This document shows, piece by piece, positions 1-17,837 of a stretch of DNA of 64,000 nucleotides. The notes beneath the pieces were generated by a model. That model saw only the letters and a list, made by a program, of their open reading frames with translations. It had not been told where the DNA came from and ran no database searches. The position numbers were made by a program, and so were the translations under genes. This stretch comes from Macrostomum lignano. Taxonomy: Eukaryota. The stretch lies in assembly GCA_002269645.1 (NCBI GenBank), contig NIVC01003753.1, forward strand, positions 1 to 64,000, read 5' to 3'. Position 1 is the stretch's first letter. Each line of letters opens with the position of its first letter.

Positions 1-220
1 CAACAGTGTCTAACAGGATTGCACCAGTGTCTAACAGTGTTTCAACCAGTGTCTAACAGGTTGCACCAGTGTCTAAATGTTGCAACCAGTGTCTAACAGG
101 TTGCACCCATATGTCTAACAGGTTGCACCCAGTGTCTAACAGGTTGCACCCAGTGTCTAACAGGTTGCACCCAGTGTCTAACAGGTTGCACCCAGTGTCT
201 AACAGGTTGCACCCAGTGTC
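1..220. repeat. 21-bp minisatellite (AGTGTCTAACAGGTTGCACCC)n
   Basis: About 10 tandem copies, read directly; runs off the left window edge. Confidence 0.9.
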
Positions 221-764
221 CAGCCAACTTCAGTTAATGAATGCAGCCCTCCTCTCCTGGAACTCGTGTCAATCATTCTGAATAGCAGATATCGGAGCAG
301 CAAAATTTCTTATTTAGTAGCAGGCAATCAGCCTCGAAGTTCTCCTAAAATTGTGCCGTAGCAACAGATAATTGATAATGTACCTGATATGCCTTATCCA
401 ACTGGTTCAGCTGAATGTTTCGCTGCTTGAGTGCCTGCCTCAATTACCAGATTTTTACATGAATCTGGAAAAAGGCACTAAAAGTATATGGGATATATGA
501 TGAAGCCAATCTTCAGCTTCCCGAAAACATCGTCAGTTCAAAACAATTCTCTTGACAAGATGAGGTAAAAATCAGCTTAAAATATTAAATTTAAGCTACG
601 ACTTGCAGAAGCTACCGATATGTTGCGTTATTAATGATATGCATAATGCATATGCATGTTGCGTTATTAATGATATGCATAATGCAAATCATTAAAGCAT
701 TTTAATTTGTGAGTTACTTGTGTGGGCACCGCTGTCTCTTGTTGAGCGTCCCTGTCTTCCGGTG

Positions 765-1325
765 GATGCCCCTGTCTCCCGGTGAATACCCCTGTCTCCC
801 GGTGAATACCCCTGTCTCTGGTGGGCGCCCCTGTCTCCCGGTGGGCGCCCATGTCTCTCGGTGGGCGCCCCTGTCTCTTGGTTGGCGCCCCTGTCTCCCT
901 GTGGGCGCCCATGTCTCTCGGTGGGCGCCCCTGTCTCTTGGTTGGCGCCCCTGTCTCCCGGTGGGCGCCCCTGTCTCTCGTTGGTGCCCCTGTCTCTCCG
1001 GTGGGCGCCCCTGTCTTGTGATTGGAGCCCCTGTCTCCCGGTGGCGCCCCTGTCTTGTGATTGGAGCCCATGTCTCTCGGTGGGCGCCCCTGTCTCTTGG
1101 TTGGCGCCCCTGTCTCCCGGTGGGCGCCCCTGTCTCTCGGTTGGTGCCCCTGTCTCTCCCGGTGGGCGCCCCTGTCTTGTGATTGGAGCCCCTGTCTCCC
1201 TGTGGGCGCCCCTCTCTCCCGGTGGGCACCCCAGTCTCCCGGTGGGCGCCCCTGTCTCTCAGTGGGCGCCCCTGTCTCTTGGTTGGCGCCCATGTCTCCC
1301 CGTGGGCGCCCCTGTCTCTTGGTGT
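765..1325. repeat. ~20-bp GC-rich minisatellite (CCCTGTCTCYCGGTGGGCGC)n
   Basis: Tandem degenerate copies; explains the periodic ORFs 667..1293, 709..1182 and 714..1436. Confidence 0.9.
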
Positions 1326-2130
1326 CTCTTTACCTCTTGCCGTCCAACTCCAACTCCGAGACTGAGCTGACCCGGTAGAGAACCGGAGAGGCCCAAACGC
1401 AAACTGAGAAACTACGGAGATTGCCTGGCTCTCCAAACTTATTTTATCGCGAGAGGAATTCGAAGATCAGTCGGGATCGGATTTCCCAGCCATCAAACTC
1501 ACGGGTTTAATCAGTTCAACTCCTCCGGGCACGGAAAATCAATCGCAAATGCAAATCTTCAGCAGCCAATTAGTTTTTTATTATTATTCTGAAGCTTCCA
1601 CAGAAGCAGAAATCAGTGAAGCAAGTCGTAACTGCGCGTGAGCTGTCCCCCACTCTTCTTTTGTTGGTGCAACAAACAGCCCCACGCACCATGGGGGCCG
1701 CCGGGCAGAGGAAGGACGAAGGGAACACCCCCCCCCCTCTCTAGGGCGAAGCGAACCTGTCTCCCATTGGCAGTAGAGGGAATTTAGTGGGAGAAAAAGA
1801 GAGGAGAGGAAGTCAAAGTAGAGAGGGAGGGGGTAGGGGTAGTAGGAAGAGGCAGGCTCCGAGACTGCGGGCTAAGATTGAAAAAATTGGGGTAGAATTC
1901 ACCCAAATCCCCTGCCGGAAAGCCGCGGGATCCCACCAAAAATATTCCTAGCGTCGAGGTCAGCAAAAGCAAAATATAATACTTTTTACTCTACTCCGGT
2001 TCCAAGCCTTGCCTTTCGCACTTCGGGAAGCAGCTCATTTTTCTATTTTATTAGCTGATTCAGTCACTGAGGGCTGAGAGTCCTGCGTATAGCATTGGGC
2101 CCTCCGGGTTGGAAACTAGCGGAACATTGG

Positions 2131-2268
<138 letters not shown>

Positions 2269-3265
2269 TTGCCAGCCGTTTACCCGCATCATCAATCTGC
2301 CGCGGCGGCATTTCATGCGCCAATAAGCTCGCCCATCAATCCGCCGCCCTGGGCGTCAAGGGAATTATCGAAGGCGACTCATATACAATCTCCAGCCTCT
2401 AGCTGTAGATGATGATAAAGTATCGAGGTGTCGTTTGAGCACTGCTTCCATACTCTTATATCCAATGCTTCAAAAATGGAATTGCTTTGTCGATCAGACA
2501 CGCATGCAAAAACAGATACAAAAATAATGATGAGAAAAAATACCATGCAAGGACAGGATGGCAGCTACAGATGAGGAATCCGCGCTGCATCTTGAGCAAG
2601 ACTAAGCATTGATTCGCCCAATCCTCTTTGCTCCCAACCATCCCCTTTGTTCAATTCGATTCGATATTGTTAGGTGTTGTCAAAGGCGGAAATTCTGTGC
2701 TGGCGTTGTGATTATTGACAGAGAAGACGCAACAAAAAGGAGAGGAAAGCTCCAAGCGCAAGTCACTACTGACTGTCTAAGTAGTAGAAATTCTGAAGAT
2801 TTAGAATTTTAATTTAAAGTTGACTTTGTAAATTGCACAATGAAAAGGGGTCTTAAAAATGTTTAATTAAACATTTAATTAAACATTTAATTCTTCCTTC
2901 CTTCTACTTGTCAGTAGCAAAACTAGAGTTAAGAATCTGTTTTATGCTGAGGCGCGGGCAAAAGTTTCGCCATGTTGGATAATACATTTTGATACGAGCG
3001 GCTATTAATAGCCCCTGACTCCGGTGTTGCGCACTCGGGAACTGTAGAACTTTATTGCAAAGACACGGTGGACGAAAATTAAGCTAAAAATGAACTCAGT
3101 TTTTTCACTTGGTTTGCTTTTCTAACTCTCTGCAGTGCTGGCCGGGTACAAGAGAATCAGAGAACTCTAACTCTAACAGAGGGTTTTGTTTGTGACAGCT
3201 GACAAGGAGACCTGTAAAGCGGGACTCTGGAGCGCCTGTCACACGCTGGATCGGCCTTTAAAGTC

Positions 3266-3293
3266 AGGCAGGCAGGCAGGTAGGCAGGTAGGC

Positions 3294-3386
<93 letters not shown>

Positions 3387-3580
3387 CAGACAAGACAGCC
3401 AAGACAGACACAGACAAGACAGCCAAGGCAGACACAGACAAGACAGCCAAGTAAGACACAGACAAGACAGCCAAGGCAGACACAGACAAGACAGCCAAGT
3501 AAGACAGACAAGACAGCCAAGACAGACACAGACAAGACAGCCAAGACAGACACAGACAAGACAGCCAAGACAGACAGCCA

Positions 3581-3643
<63 letters not shown>

Positions 3644-3685
3644 GACAGACAAGACAGACAGACAGACAGACAGACAGTCCGACAG

Positions 3686-3729
<44 letters not shown>

Positions 3730-3767
3730 GTCCGACAGGACAGACAGACAGACAGAGACAGACAGAT
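3266..3767. repeat. compound (CAGG)/(GACA) microsatellite with longer derived units
   Basis: GACA runs interleaved with GACACAGACAAGACAGCCAA-type units. Confidence 0.9.
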
Positions 3768-4097
3768 ATATTTTAATCCTTTGTGTTGAAAAGGTGTATC
3801 ATTTGATGCAACGTTCCCTATCCAGATATCTAGCTTGATGTGTCCCTGGTTGGGAGAGAGGCCGCTTGAGACGAGTGTAGCTATTGGCAACGATGCAAGA
3901 GAATAGGGGCTTGGATCGAGAGAGAGAGAAGAGAAAACGTGAACGCAGTCGTGAATCAGACTTCTATTTTTAACAAGGCGTACAGTCTATAGCTAGAACG
4001 TACGGTCACGCGGGCTGTGGCTGATTCTCTCTGTTCTCTTGTGACCTCAGAAGCTAAAAATAGAACACCACCCCTCTCAGTTCGTTCTGCACACTTG

Positions 4098-4107
4098 TAT
4101 ATAGAAA
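4098..4107 (+). promoter_or_regulatory. putative TATA box of the C/EBP gene
   Basis: TATATAGAAA about 55 nt upstream of the first ATG (4155) of the locus, followed by a GC-rich stretch. Confidence 0.5.
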
Positions 4108-4154
4108 GGGCGCGCCCGCCGGGGAAGGCTGACGAAAATTTAGCCCTACAGTCG

Positions 4155-4292
4155 ATGCCAAAGCAATCCAGGCTGCATCAGCAAAGCAACCAGCTGCCGG
4201 TAGCAAAGCAGCAATCAGAAACCAATAGTAGTCCACTAATAAGGACGCCGCCATTCTATCACAGTCGAGCCAACTTTCCGGCATCACCGTGA
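4155..4292 (+). other. 45-codon upstream ORF in the C/EBP leader
   Basis: ATG at 4155, TGA at 4290-4292 (MPKQSRLHQQ...ANFPASP); different frame from, and ending 101 nt before, the first in-frame ATG of the bZIP ORF (4394). Confidence 0.5.
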
Positions 4293-4393
4293 GCTCCAGC
4301 GATCAGTCAGTAGTCACAGTGGATTTCTTCGCCAGCCGACAATTGTCAATCAGCGATCTACTATTGCCAGAATGCCAACCGGACCTAAACTTG

Positions 4394-5383
4394 ATGGATC
4401 TGCTGGACGTTGCAAGCCAATCACCTCGCCGCTGCTTGTCTCCAGCGCCTGGATTTGTTAGCAAGCGCAAGCAGGCGCATACCATCGTTGCCGAGTCCAT
4501 CAAGAACGACGACGACGCCAGCAAGCCGTCGCTGGTCGAACCGAACGAGTTCAAACCGGAGCTTGAAGTGCCCTACCAGCAGTACAATCTGCTAGAGTCG
4601 CTTGACAGCCTGCTAGTGAGCCGGCAGAACTCAGGCGTATTTCTCAAAGACCCGGACGTCTGCCTGATGGACTGGTCGACAATCGCGCCGGCTCCCGCGG
4701 TGCAGGAAGCGGCCACCGAGCAGCAGCAGCACCCGGCGCTGCAGGAGCTGTACAGCAGCTTCCAAACTCGAGGCACCGATGCCGTCGCCGACCCCTCGGC
4801 CGCCGCCAGTGGCATCTCCATCATCCCGCTGACGCCTGACCAGGTCAGCCACCTGACGGCCGCCGCCAGCCCCTGCGGCTCCGACGGATGCCTCCAAATA
4901 GTTACCAGCCCGGCTACCATGGAAACCGCAGCAACAATCGCTTCGAACGGAGGTCAACAGCCAAAGTCTAAACAGCAGACCGCCAGGCGGCGGCCGCGAC
5001 AACAGCAGCGGCGATGCGTTGCCGACGCCTCCGACGCATCAGACGAGGACGACGTCGACGACAGCGTCGCTTCGCTTCGCGGCGTTTCTCGCGGCGGAGT
5101 TAACGACGGCGACGCCGCCGACCCAGACTATCGGCGCCGGCGCGAGCGAAACAACGTGGCCGTCAGGAAGAGCCGAGCCAAGACGCGGGCTCGCGAGCAG
5201 GCCGTCGACCAGACCCTCGGCCGGCTGCGGCTAACCAACGATGAGCTGCGCAAGAAGGTCGAGTCGGTGGTGCGCGAGCTGAAGTTTCTCAAATCGTTGA
5301 TGAACAAGACTCGAATGCCGCTGCCGGCCGAGCTGCTGGGCGCGCTGCGCAACTATCCCAACTATTTTGAGCCAGTCGAGTGA
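4394..5383 (+). CDS. CEBP: C/EBP-family bZIP transcription factor, intronless (329 aa from the first ATG)
   Basis: Basic region DYRRRRERNNVAVRKSRAKTR followed by a leucine zipper, typical of C/EBP. The frame is open from 4232 (in-frame TAG at 4229) but the first ATG is at 4394; the ORF track start at 4289 is a GTG. Confidence 0.9.
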   Translation: MDLLDVASQSPRRCLSPAPGFVSKRKQAHTIVAESIKNDDDASKPSLVEPNEFKPELEVPYQQYNLLESLDSLLVSRQNSGVFLKDPDVCLMDWSTIAPAPAVQEAATEQQQHPALQELYSSFQTRGTDAVADPSAAASGISIIPLTPDQVSHLTAAASPCGSDGCLQIVTSPATMETAATIASNGGQQPKSKQQTARRRPRQQQRRCVADASDASDEDDVDDSVASLRGVSRGGVNDGDAADPDYRRRRERNNVAVRKSRAKTRAREQAVDQTLGRLRLTNDELRKKVESVVRELKFLKSLMNKTRMPLPAELLGALRNYPNYFEPVE

Positions 5384-5702
5384 ACCTCTTAGTTGACAAA
5401 AATTCATCCTCTTAGTGAAAACCCCAATTAACAGACACAAGGCGCAAAGTCAACAATGCACTACCCGTGAAGCTTACTAATCATAACTTGCTGCACCGTC
5501 ATAAAAGCTATGAAAACTGACTTGATAATTTTATATTTTTACACAATATTCTGCGTTACTATATAGTTCTGTCTCGCATTATTTTAATCAATTTATAGCC
5601 GCGATTATTATGTGTCGTTTTGCTTAAAGTAGAGAAAATACACTGATACTTATTTTTTATTGCAAGATTATATACTATTGCATGCCAGCATTTGATGTTG
5701 TA

Positions 5703-5708
5703 AATAAA
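5703..5708 (+). terminator. putative polyadenylation signal of C/EBP
   Basis: AATAAA about 320 nt after the stop in an AT-rich 3' region. Confidence 0.5.
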
Positions 5709-5870
5709 AAAAACATTTCACTCTTCAACCCCTCGTCTTATTGATTTCCAGTATCAGCAGCTGATCATCTGAGATCAATCGATTAAGTCCGGAGCTTTAC
5801 ATTAAGTTAGCATCAACTCCTTTTTAAATGCGAGTCAGGGACGGAGCCAGGATTTTAGGTCGCCAAGTAT

Positions 5871-7650
5871 CAAGGGGCTTTAGCACCAAGGGACGCCAGC
5901 ACCAAGGGGCTTTAGCACCAAGGGACGCCAGCACCAAGGGGCTTTAGCACCAAGGGACGCCAGCACCAAGGGGCTTTAGCACCAAGGGCTTTAGCACCAA
6001 GGGGCTTTATCACCAAGGGGCTTTAGCACCAAGGGGCTTTATCACCAAGGGCTTTAGCACCAATGGCTTTATCACCAAGGGGCTTTAGCACCAAGGGACG
6101 CCAGCACCAAGGGGCTTTAGCACCAAGGGACGCCAGCACCAAGGGGCTTTAGCACCAAGGGACGCCAGCACCAAGGGGCTTTAGCACCAAGGGACGCCAG
6201 CACCAAGGGGCTTTATCACCAAGGGGCTTTAGCACCAAGGGGCTTTATCACCAAGGGCTTTAGCACCAATGGCTTTATCACCAAGGGGCTTTAGCACCAA
6301 GGGACGCCAGCACCAAGGGGCTTTAGCACCAAGGGACGCCAGCACCAAGGGGCTTTAGCACCAAGGGACGCCAGCACCAAGGGGCTTTATCACCAAGGGG
6401 CTTTAGCACCAAGGGGCTTTATCACCAAGGGCTTTAGCACCAATGGCTTTATCACCAAGGGGCTTTATCACCGGGATAGCGACGTTTGCCTGCGGGACGT
6501 TTGCCAGCCGAAGTTTGCCTGCCGGACGTTTGCCTGCCGGACGTTTGCCAGCCGACGTTTGCCTGCCGGAAGTTTGCCAGCCAAAATTTGCTAGCCAATA
6601 TAAAGCCAGTCAGTGAAAAAATTGATGCTGAAATATTTGCAGTTTAGCGGTTTGACAAAAACCGTTTTTACTCCAACTTTTTGACGGTTATTCGCATGTA
6701 TACAAGTTTGAAAGCAAAATATATAAATTATGCAGTTCATCAGTCTAACGTCAAATATCTAGTTTAACAACGATTTTGGCACAACATATCAAAAGATGAA
6801 CATTGGGTTTGCCTCGTATGAAAGCAATAACAATTGTTGTGCTGAAAAGATGAAAACTTCCTATCTCCCTATGGCCTTCAAAACATTTTTCATAGATTTC
6901 GAGTGCTGCGTACTTCTACTTTAGTAGTCCTTGGCGTGACTAAGCTTTGCATACGTAGTGTCTAGCGCTTGCTATCCTACTAGCTTGCTACTGGCGGCTT
7001 GTCTGGCTATTCAGCTATATAGCTGGCAAACGTCGGCTGGCAAATGTCGGCTGGCAAACGTCGGCTGGCAAACGTCGGCTGGCAAACGTCCCGCAGGCAA
7101 ACGTCCGGCAGGCAAACTTCGGCTGGCAAACGTCCCACTGGCAAACGTCGGCTGGCAAATGTCGGCTGGCAAACGTCCCGCAGGCAAACGTCGGCTGGCA
7201 AACGTCCCGCAGGCAAACGTCGGCTGGCAAACGTCCCGCAGGCAAACGTCGTAGACCCTTTATCACCAAGGGGCTTTAGCACCAAGGGGCTTTAGCACCA
7301 AGGGGCTTTAGCACCAAGGGCTTTAGCACCAAGGGCTTTAGCACCAAGGGCTTTAGCACCAAGGGGCTTTAGCACCAAGGGACGCCAGCACCAAGGGGCT
7401 TTATCACCAAGGGGCTTTAGCACCAAGGGGCTTTAGCACCAAGGGCTTTAGCACCAAGGGCTTTAGCACCAAGGGCTTTAGCACCAAGGGCTTTAGCACC
7501 AAGGGCTTTAGCACCAAGGGGCTTTAGCACCAAGGGACGCCAGCACCAAGGGGCTTTATCACCAAGGGGCTTTAGCACCAAGGGGCTTTATCACCAAGGG
7601 GATTTAGCACCAAGGGACGCCAGCACCAAGGGACGCCAGCACCAAGACGC
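5871..7650. repeat. 14-16-bp minisatellite (GCACCAAGGG[G]CTTTA / GCACCAAGGGACGCCA)n, interrupted by a MITE
   Basis: Same-orientation array on both sides of the insertion at 6473-7258. Confidence 0.9.
6473..7258. mobile_element. non-autonomous foldback/Mutator-like element (786 bp)
   Basis: 9-bp TSD TTTATCACC at 6464-6472 and 7259-7267; termini GGG...CCC; inverted arms built from 14-15-bp subrepeats GACGTTTGCC(T/A)GC(C/G)G (about 8 left, about 16 right); no transposase inside. Confidence 0.85.
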
Positions 7651-8586
7651 GACAGCACCAAGAAGCGTCAGATCTGTGAAGGGGGTGCCTATTTTGGGGA
7701 AGAGCGCGGCTCCCCTCGCCCATCCCAACCTACATCTATGGTCCATCGTGTGGCTTTCAAGAAAGACCTCCCGGTGCGACCTGTCTATAAAACACCCCTC
7801 CCCCCCCAGTTAAGTATATAGTCACTCTAAGACCCTTAGCTATTGTTAGTAGGCTTTTTAAGCCAGTGAGCCCTCGTAGGTGCCCTCGGAGCCTTCCATT
7901 TCTGCCTGCAAAGGAGGGGAACAATATACTCGTGCAAAGAATTGTAAAGTCATTAAATTTAATAATTAAATAAGAATAGCAACTATTAGACAGGTTATTC
8001 CTTGACCTCACACAAAATATTTGCATAAAAATTTACAAACATTTATTATGGCAAAAAAGCAAAAAAGAGTTCAGAATTAGGTACAATATTATTTATTTCT
8101 TAATTAAAACAAAGTCATAATAGGCATTAATTTCACAAATTCTTGTTTGCAGACTTTGGTTCCGCGGGTGTATTAAAGAAAGCCAGACTTAGTGTATAAT
8201 ATGATTGAATATTAGGCATTTATAACACTATGCTGTTCCAAAATAACCATTTGCATCGAACGGCGAATTTCTCCTAACAAAAATATTATTAATTTTTTAA
8301 ACGCTCCAAATACGCTTGCGCCTACTGCAAGTCCTTAAAGAAGTAATCAATAAGCGAATTCTTATCTAAATTTAATAACGACAACAGAAATCGGACTAGC
8401 GGAATTGCACACAGAGGCCCAAAGCAGTTTCTCCTTAAGCTTAAAAGATTTTTGAATCTACAAATTTTTTTAAAAACTATTTCACAGCCCTGCCTCAGCT
8501 TGAAGTAGCTGGGCAGCTGGGCTAAAAGTGCATCTGGTGAGACACTTTTTTAAGGGCCTATTTCGAAACTAGCCCAGTTTGCTCCA

Positions 8587-9020
8587 GTTTGTGAATATTA
8601 TAGATTGTGAATACTCTTGTTTGTGAATATTATAGATTGTGAATACTCTTGTTTGTGAATATTATAGATTGTGAATACTCTTGTTTGTGAATATTATAGA
8701 TTGTGAATATTACTGTTTGTGAATACTCTAGTTTGTGAATCTTACAGTTTTGTGAATCCTCTAATTTGTGAAGACTCTAGTTTGTGAATCTTACAGTTTT
8801 GTGAATCCTCTAATTTGTGAACACTCTAGTTTGTGAATCTTACAGTTTTGTGAATCCTCTAATTTGTGAATACTCTAGTTTGTGAATCTTACAGTTTTGT
8901 GAATCCTCTAATTTGTGAATACTCTAGTTTGTGAATCTTACAGTTTTGTGAATCCTCTAATTTGTGAATACTCTAATTTGTGAAGTTTCTGGTTTGTGAA
9001 GATTCTATAGTTTGTGAATC
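8587..9020. repeat. TGTGAA-cored 16-17-bp subunits forming 32-bp and 49-bp higher units
   Basis: Tandem array directly downstream of the MARCH6 stop. Confidence 0.85.
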
Positions 9021-9089
9021 TTGCAAACGACCCTGTGCACACTAATAGACCTTTTACACCAGTTAATCAAAATAGTCAAAGATTGCAGC

Positions 9090-15875
<6,786 letters not shown>

Positions 15876-16130
15876 GCCTTTCTCTGTGTTTAGAGAGCGG
15901 AGAAAGCTGACCGCTCTTCAACGATTGCCCGCCGTTTCTGTTGTTTAATTTGCTTTTGCGACTGCCTGTTACGTGCTAGGGTGCATGCAATTTGGTTTGA
16001 TTCATTTGTTGAAATTATTTATTGCAGAATCTTACAGTTATGGTGGATTTTCTTAAAATACTCGGGGCTGAGACCAGAGTAGCCCAGCTGTAACCCTCTC
16101 GGGTTCGACTCCGTCATTCACATTCACAAC

Positions 16131-16645
16131 TAAATAGCTAACTAACTAGCTAACTAACTAACTAACTAACTAGCTAACTAACTAGCTAACTAACTAACTA
16201 GCTAGCTAACTAGCTAACTAACTAACTAACTAACTAACTAGCTAGCTAACTAACTAGCTAGCTAACTAACTAGCTAACTAACTAACTAGCTCACTAACTA
16301 ACTAGCTAACTAACTAACTAACTAACTAACTAGCTAATTAGCTAACTAACTAACTAACTAACTAGCTAACTAACTAACTAGCTAACTAACTAGCTAACTA
16401 ACTAACTAACTAACTAGCTAACTAACTAGCTAACTAACTAGCTAGCTAACTAGCTAACTAACTAGCTCACTAACTAACTAGCTAACTAACTAACTAACTA
16501 GCTAATTAACTAACTAACTAGCTAACTAACTGACTAACTAACTAACTAGCTAACTAAATAGCTAACTAACTAACTAACTAACTAGCTAACTGACTAACTA
16601 ACTAAAAACTAACTAACTAATGAACTAAAAAACTAACTCTTAACT
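16131..16645. repeat. (CTAA)n/(CTAG) microsatellite
   Basis: About 500-bp degenerate tetranucleotide run upstream of MARCH6. Confidence 0.95.
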
Positions 16646-17573
16646 CTTAGAGCAATATCACATGCATAATAAATAACAAATTATAAACAACAAGACGAAA
16701 AAAGGCTTGAGTTAAATAATTGTAACGATGGTTTTGATGGGCAGGAACTCTGCTTATCCGTGTAATCTCTATAGAGTTGGGGCACAAAATATTAGTGGAT
16801 AATTGGCTGATTAGCGGCTGAATCTTGAGACATTTTGTCGGCAAGTGGGTACACGTATCATAGCTTAAGTTTAGACACAAATTATTTCTGCGTAAGTCAA
16901 CAAATACAAAACGAGATTAGAAGTATTGCACAGTTAATATTAACACAAAATGTACAGCTTCAGGCGTTTGTGCTAAAATTTGTATTAGAAACACAAAAAG
17001 AAGGTAAGAAAAATTTAAAAAAACATATACTACTAGTTAATACTACTTGTTAGCAGCTATTTTCAATTGTAGCTGCCTGCGAATTTATATCTGAATAAGA
17101 TAAAAATGAATGATGCGATGCGAGGGATAAGTTTATTTTTTTTATAAAATCAAAGCTCTGAGCTCAAATTGAGCAGCAAAATTTTAACAAGCAAATATCA
17201 GCGTTAATTGATTTCTGTCCCATAAAAAACGGAAGCTTTTCTACAAAAGTCAATGCAAAAATAAAAGAAAATTTTATTGACACTACTTATATAGATTTGT
17301 GCAGTAGAGAAAAACGCAAAAAATCGTTAAAAAACCCAAAAAGAAGCAAATGGAGGAAGAGCAACGAAGGAGAGAAAAATAAAGCGCGTTTGAATTACAG
17401 TTGTTTAAACGGATCACGAAAACGGACTAAAGCTGGATTAACGGATTGCACGCACTGTGTGCTATTGCGGAATAATTATATAGACTGGATTAGGACTGTC
17501 TGTGTTTCTAAGACTTCATATTAATATTTGTCCATACTTTGTATTGCGTACAATATATAGTAATCATACAACA

Positions 17574-17821
17574 GTTGCCATAGCAACAAATAACCTAACC
17601 AGCATCATATAAATCCATATTCTAAAAAGGATCTTTTATTGTTGCCATAGCAACAAATAAAATAAATTTGTTGCCATAGCAACAATTGACCTAACTAGCT
17701 TCATATAAATCCATATTCCAAAAGTGATCTTTTATTGTTGCCATAGCAACCAATGAACCTAGACAGCTTTATTCGAAACCGTATTCATCATTTACTGTTT
17801 CTTTAGCGTTACCATAGAAAC
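17574..17821. promoter_or_regulatory. cluster of five RFX X-box-like palindromes
   Basis: GTTGCCATAGCAAC at 17574, 17641, 17670 and 17737, and GTTACCATAGAAAC at 17808; four sit in a short local tandem duplication. Confidence 0.45.
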
Positions 17822-17837
17822 AAGCCAAACCGCTATA

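Noticed and set aside
667-1436. Long periodic ORFs over minisatellites (also 27613..28937, 43628..44083, 56770..58055 and the GACA tracts)
   Set aside because: Translations of tandem repeats, mostly intronic or intergenic and open in several frames at once.
230-1440. Exons of a minus-strand gene leaving the left edge (donor-like site near 1331, acceptor-like sites near 345 and 465)
   Set aside because: Candidate frames hit stops and no recognisable protein could be assembled.
5825-5850. hAT-like terminus CAGGGACGGAGCCAGGATTTT enclosing the 14-16-bp array
   Set aside because: No matching inverted end or TSD could be found to the right.
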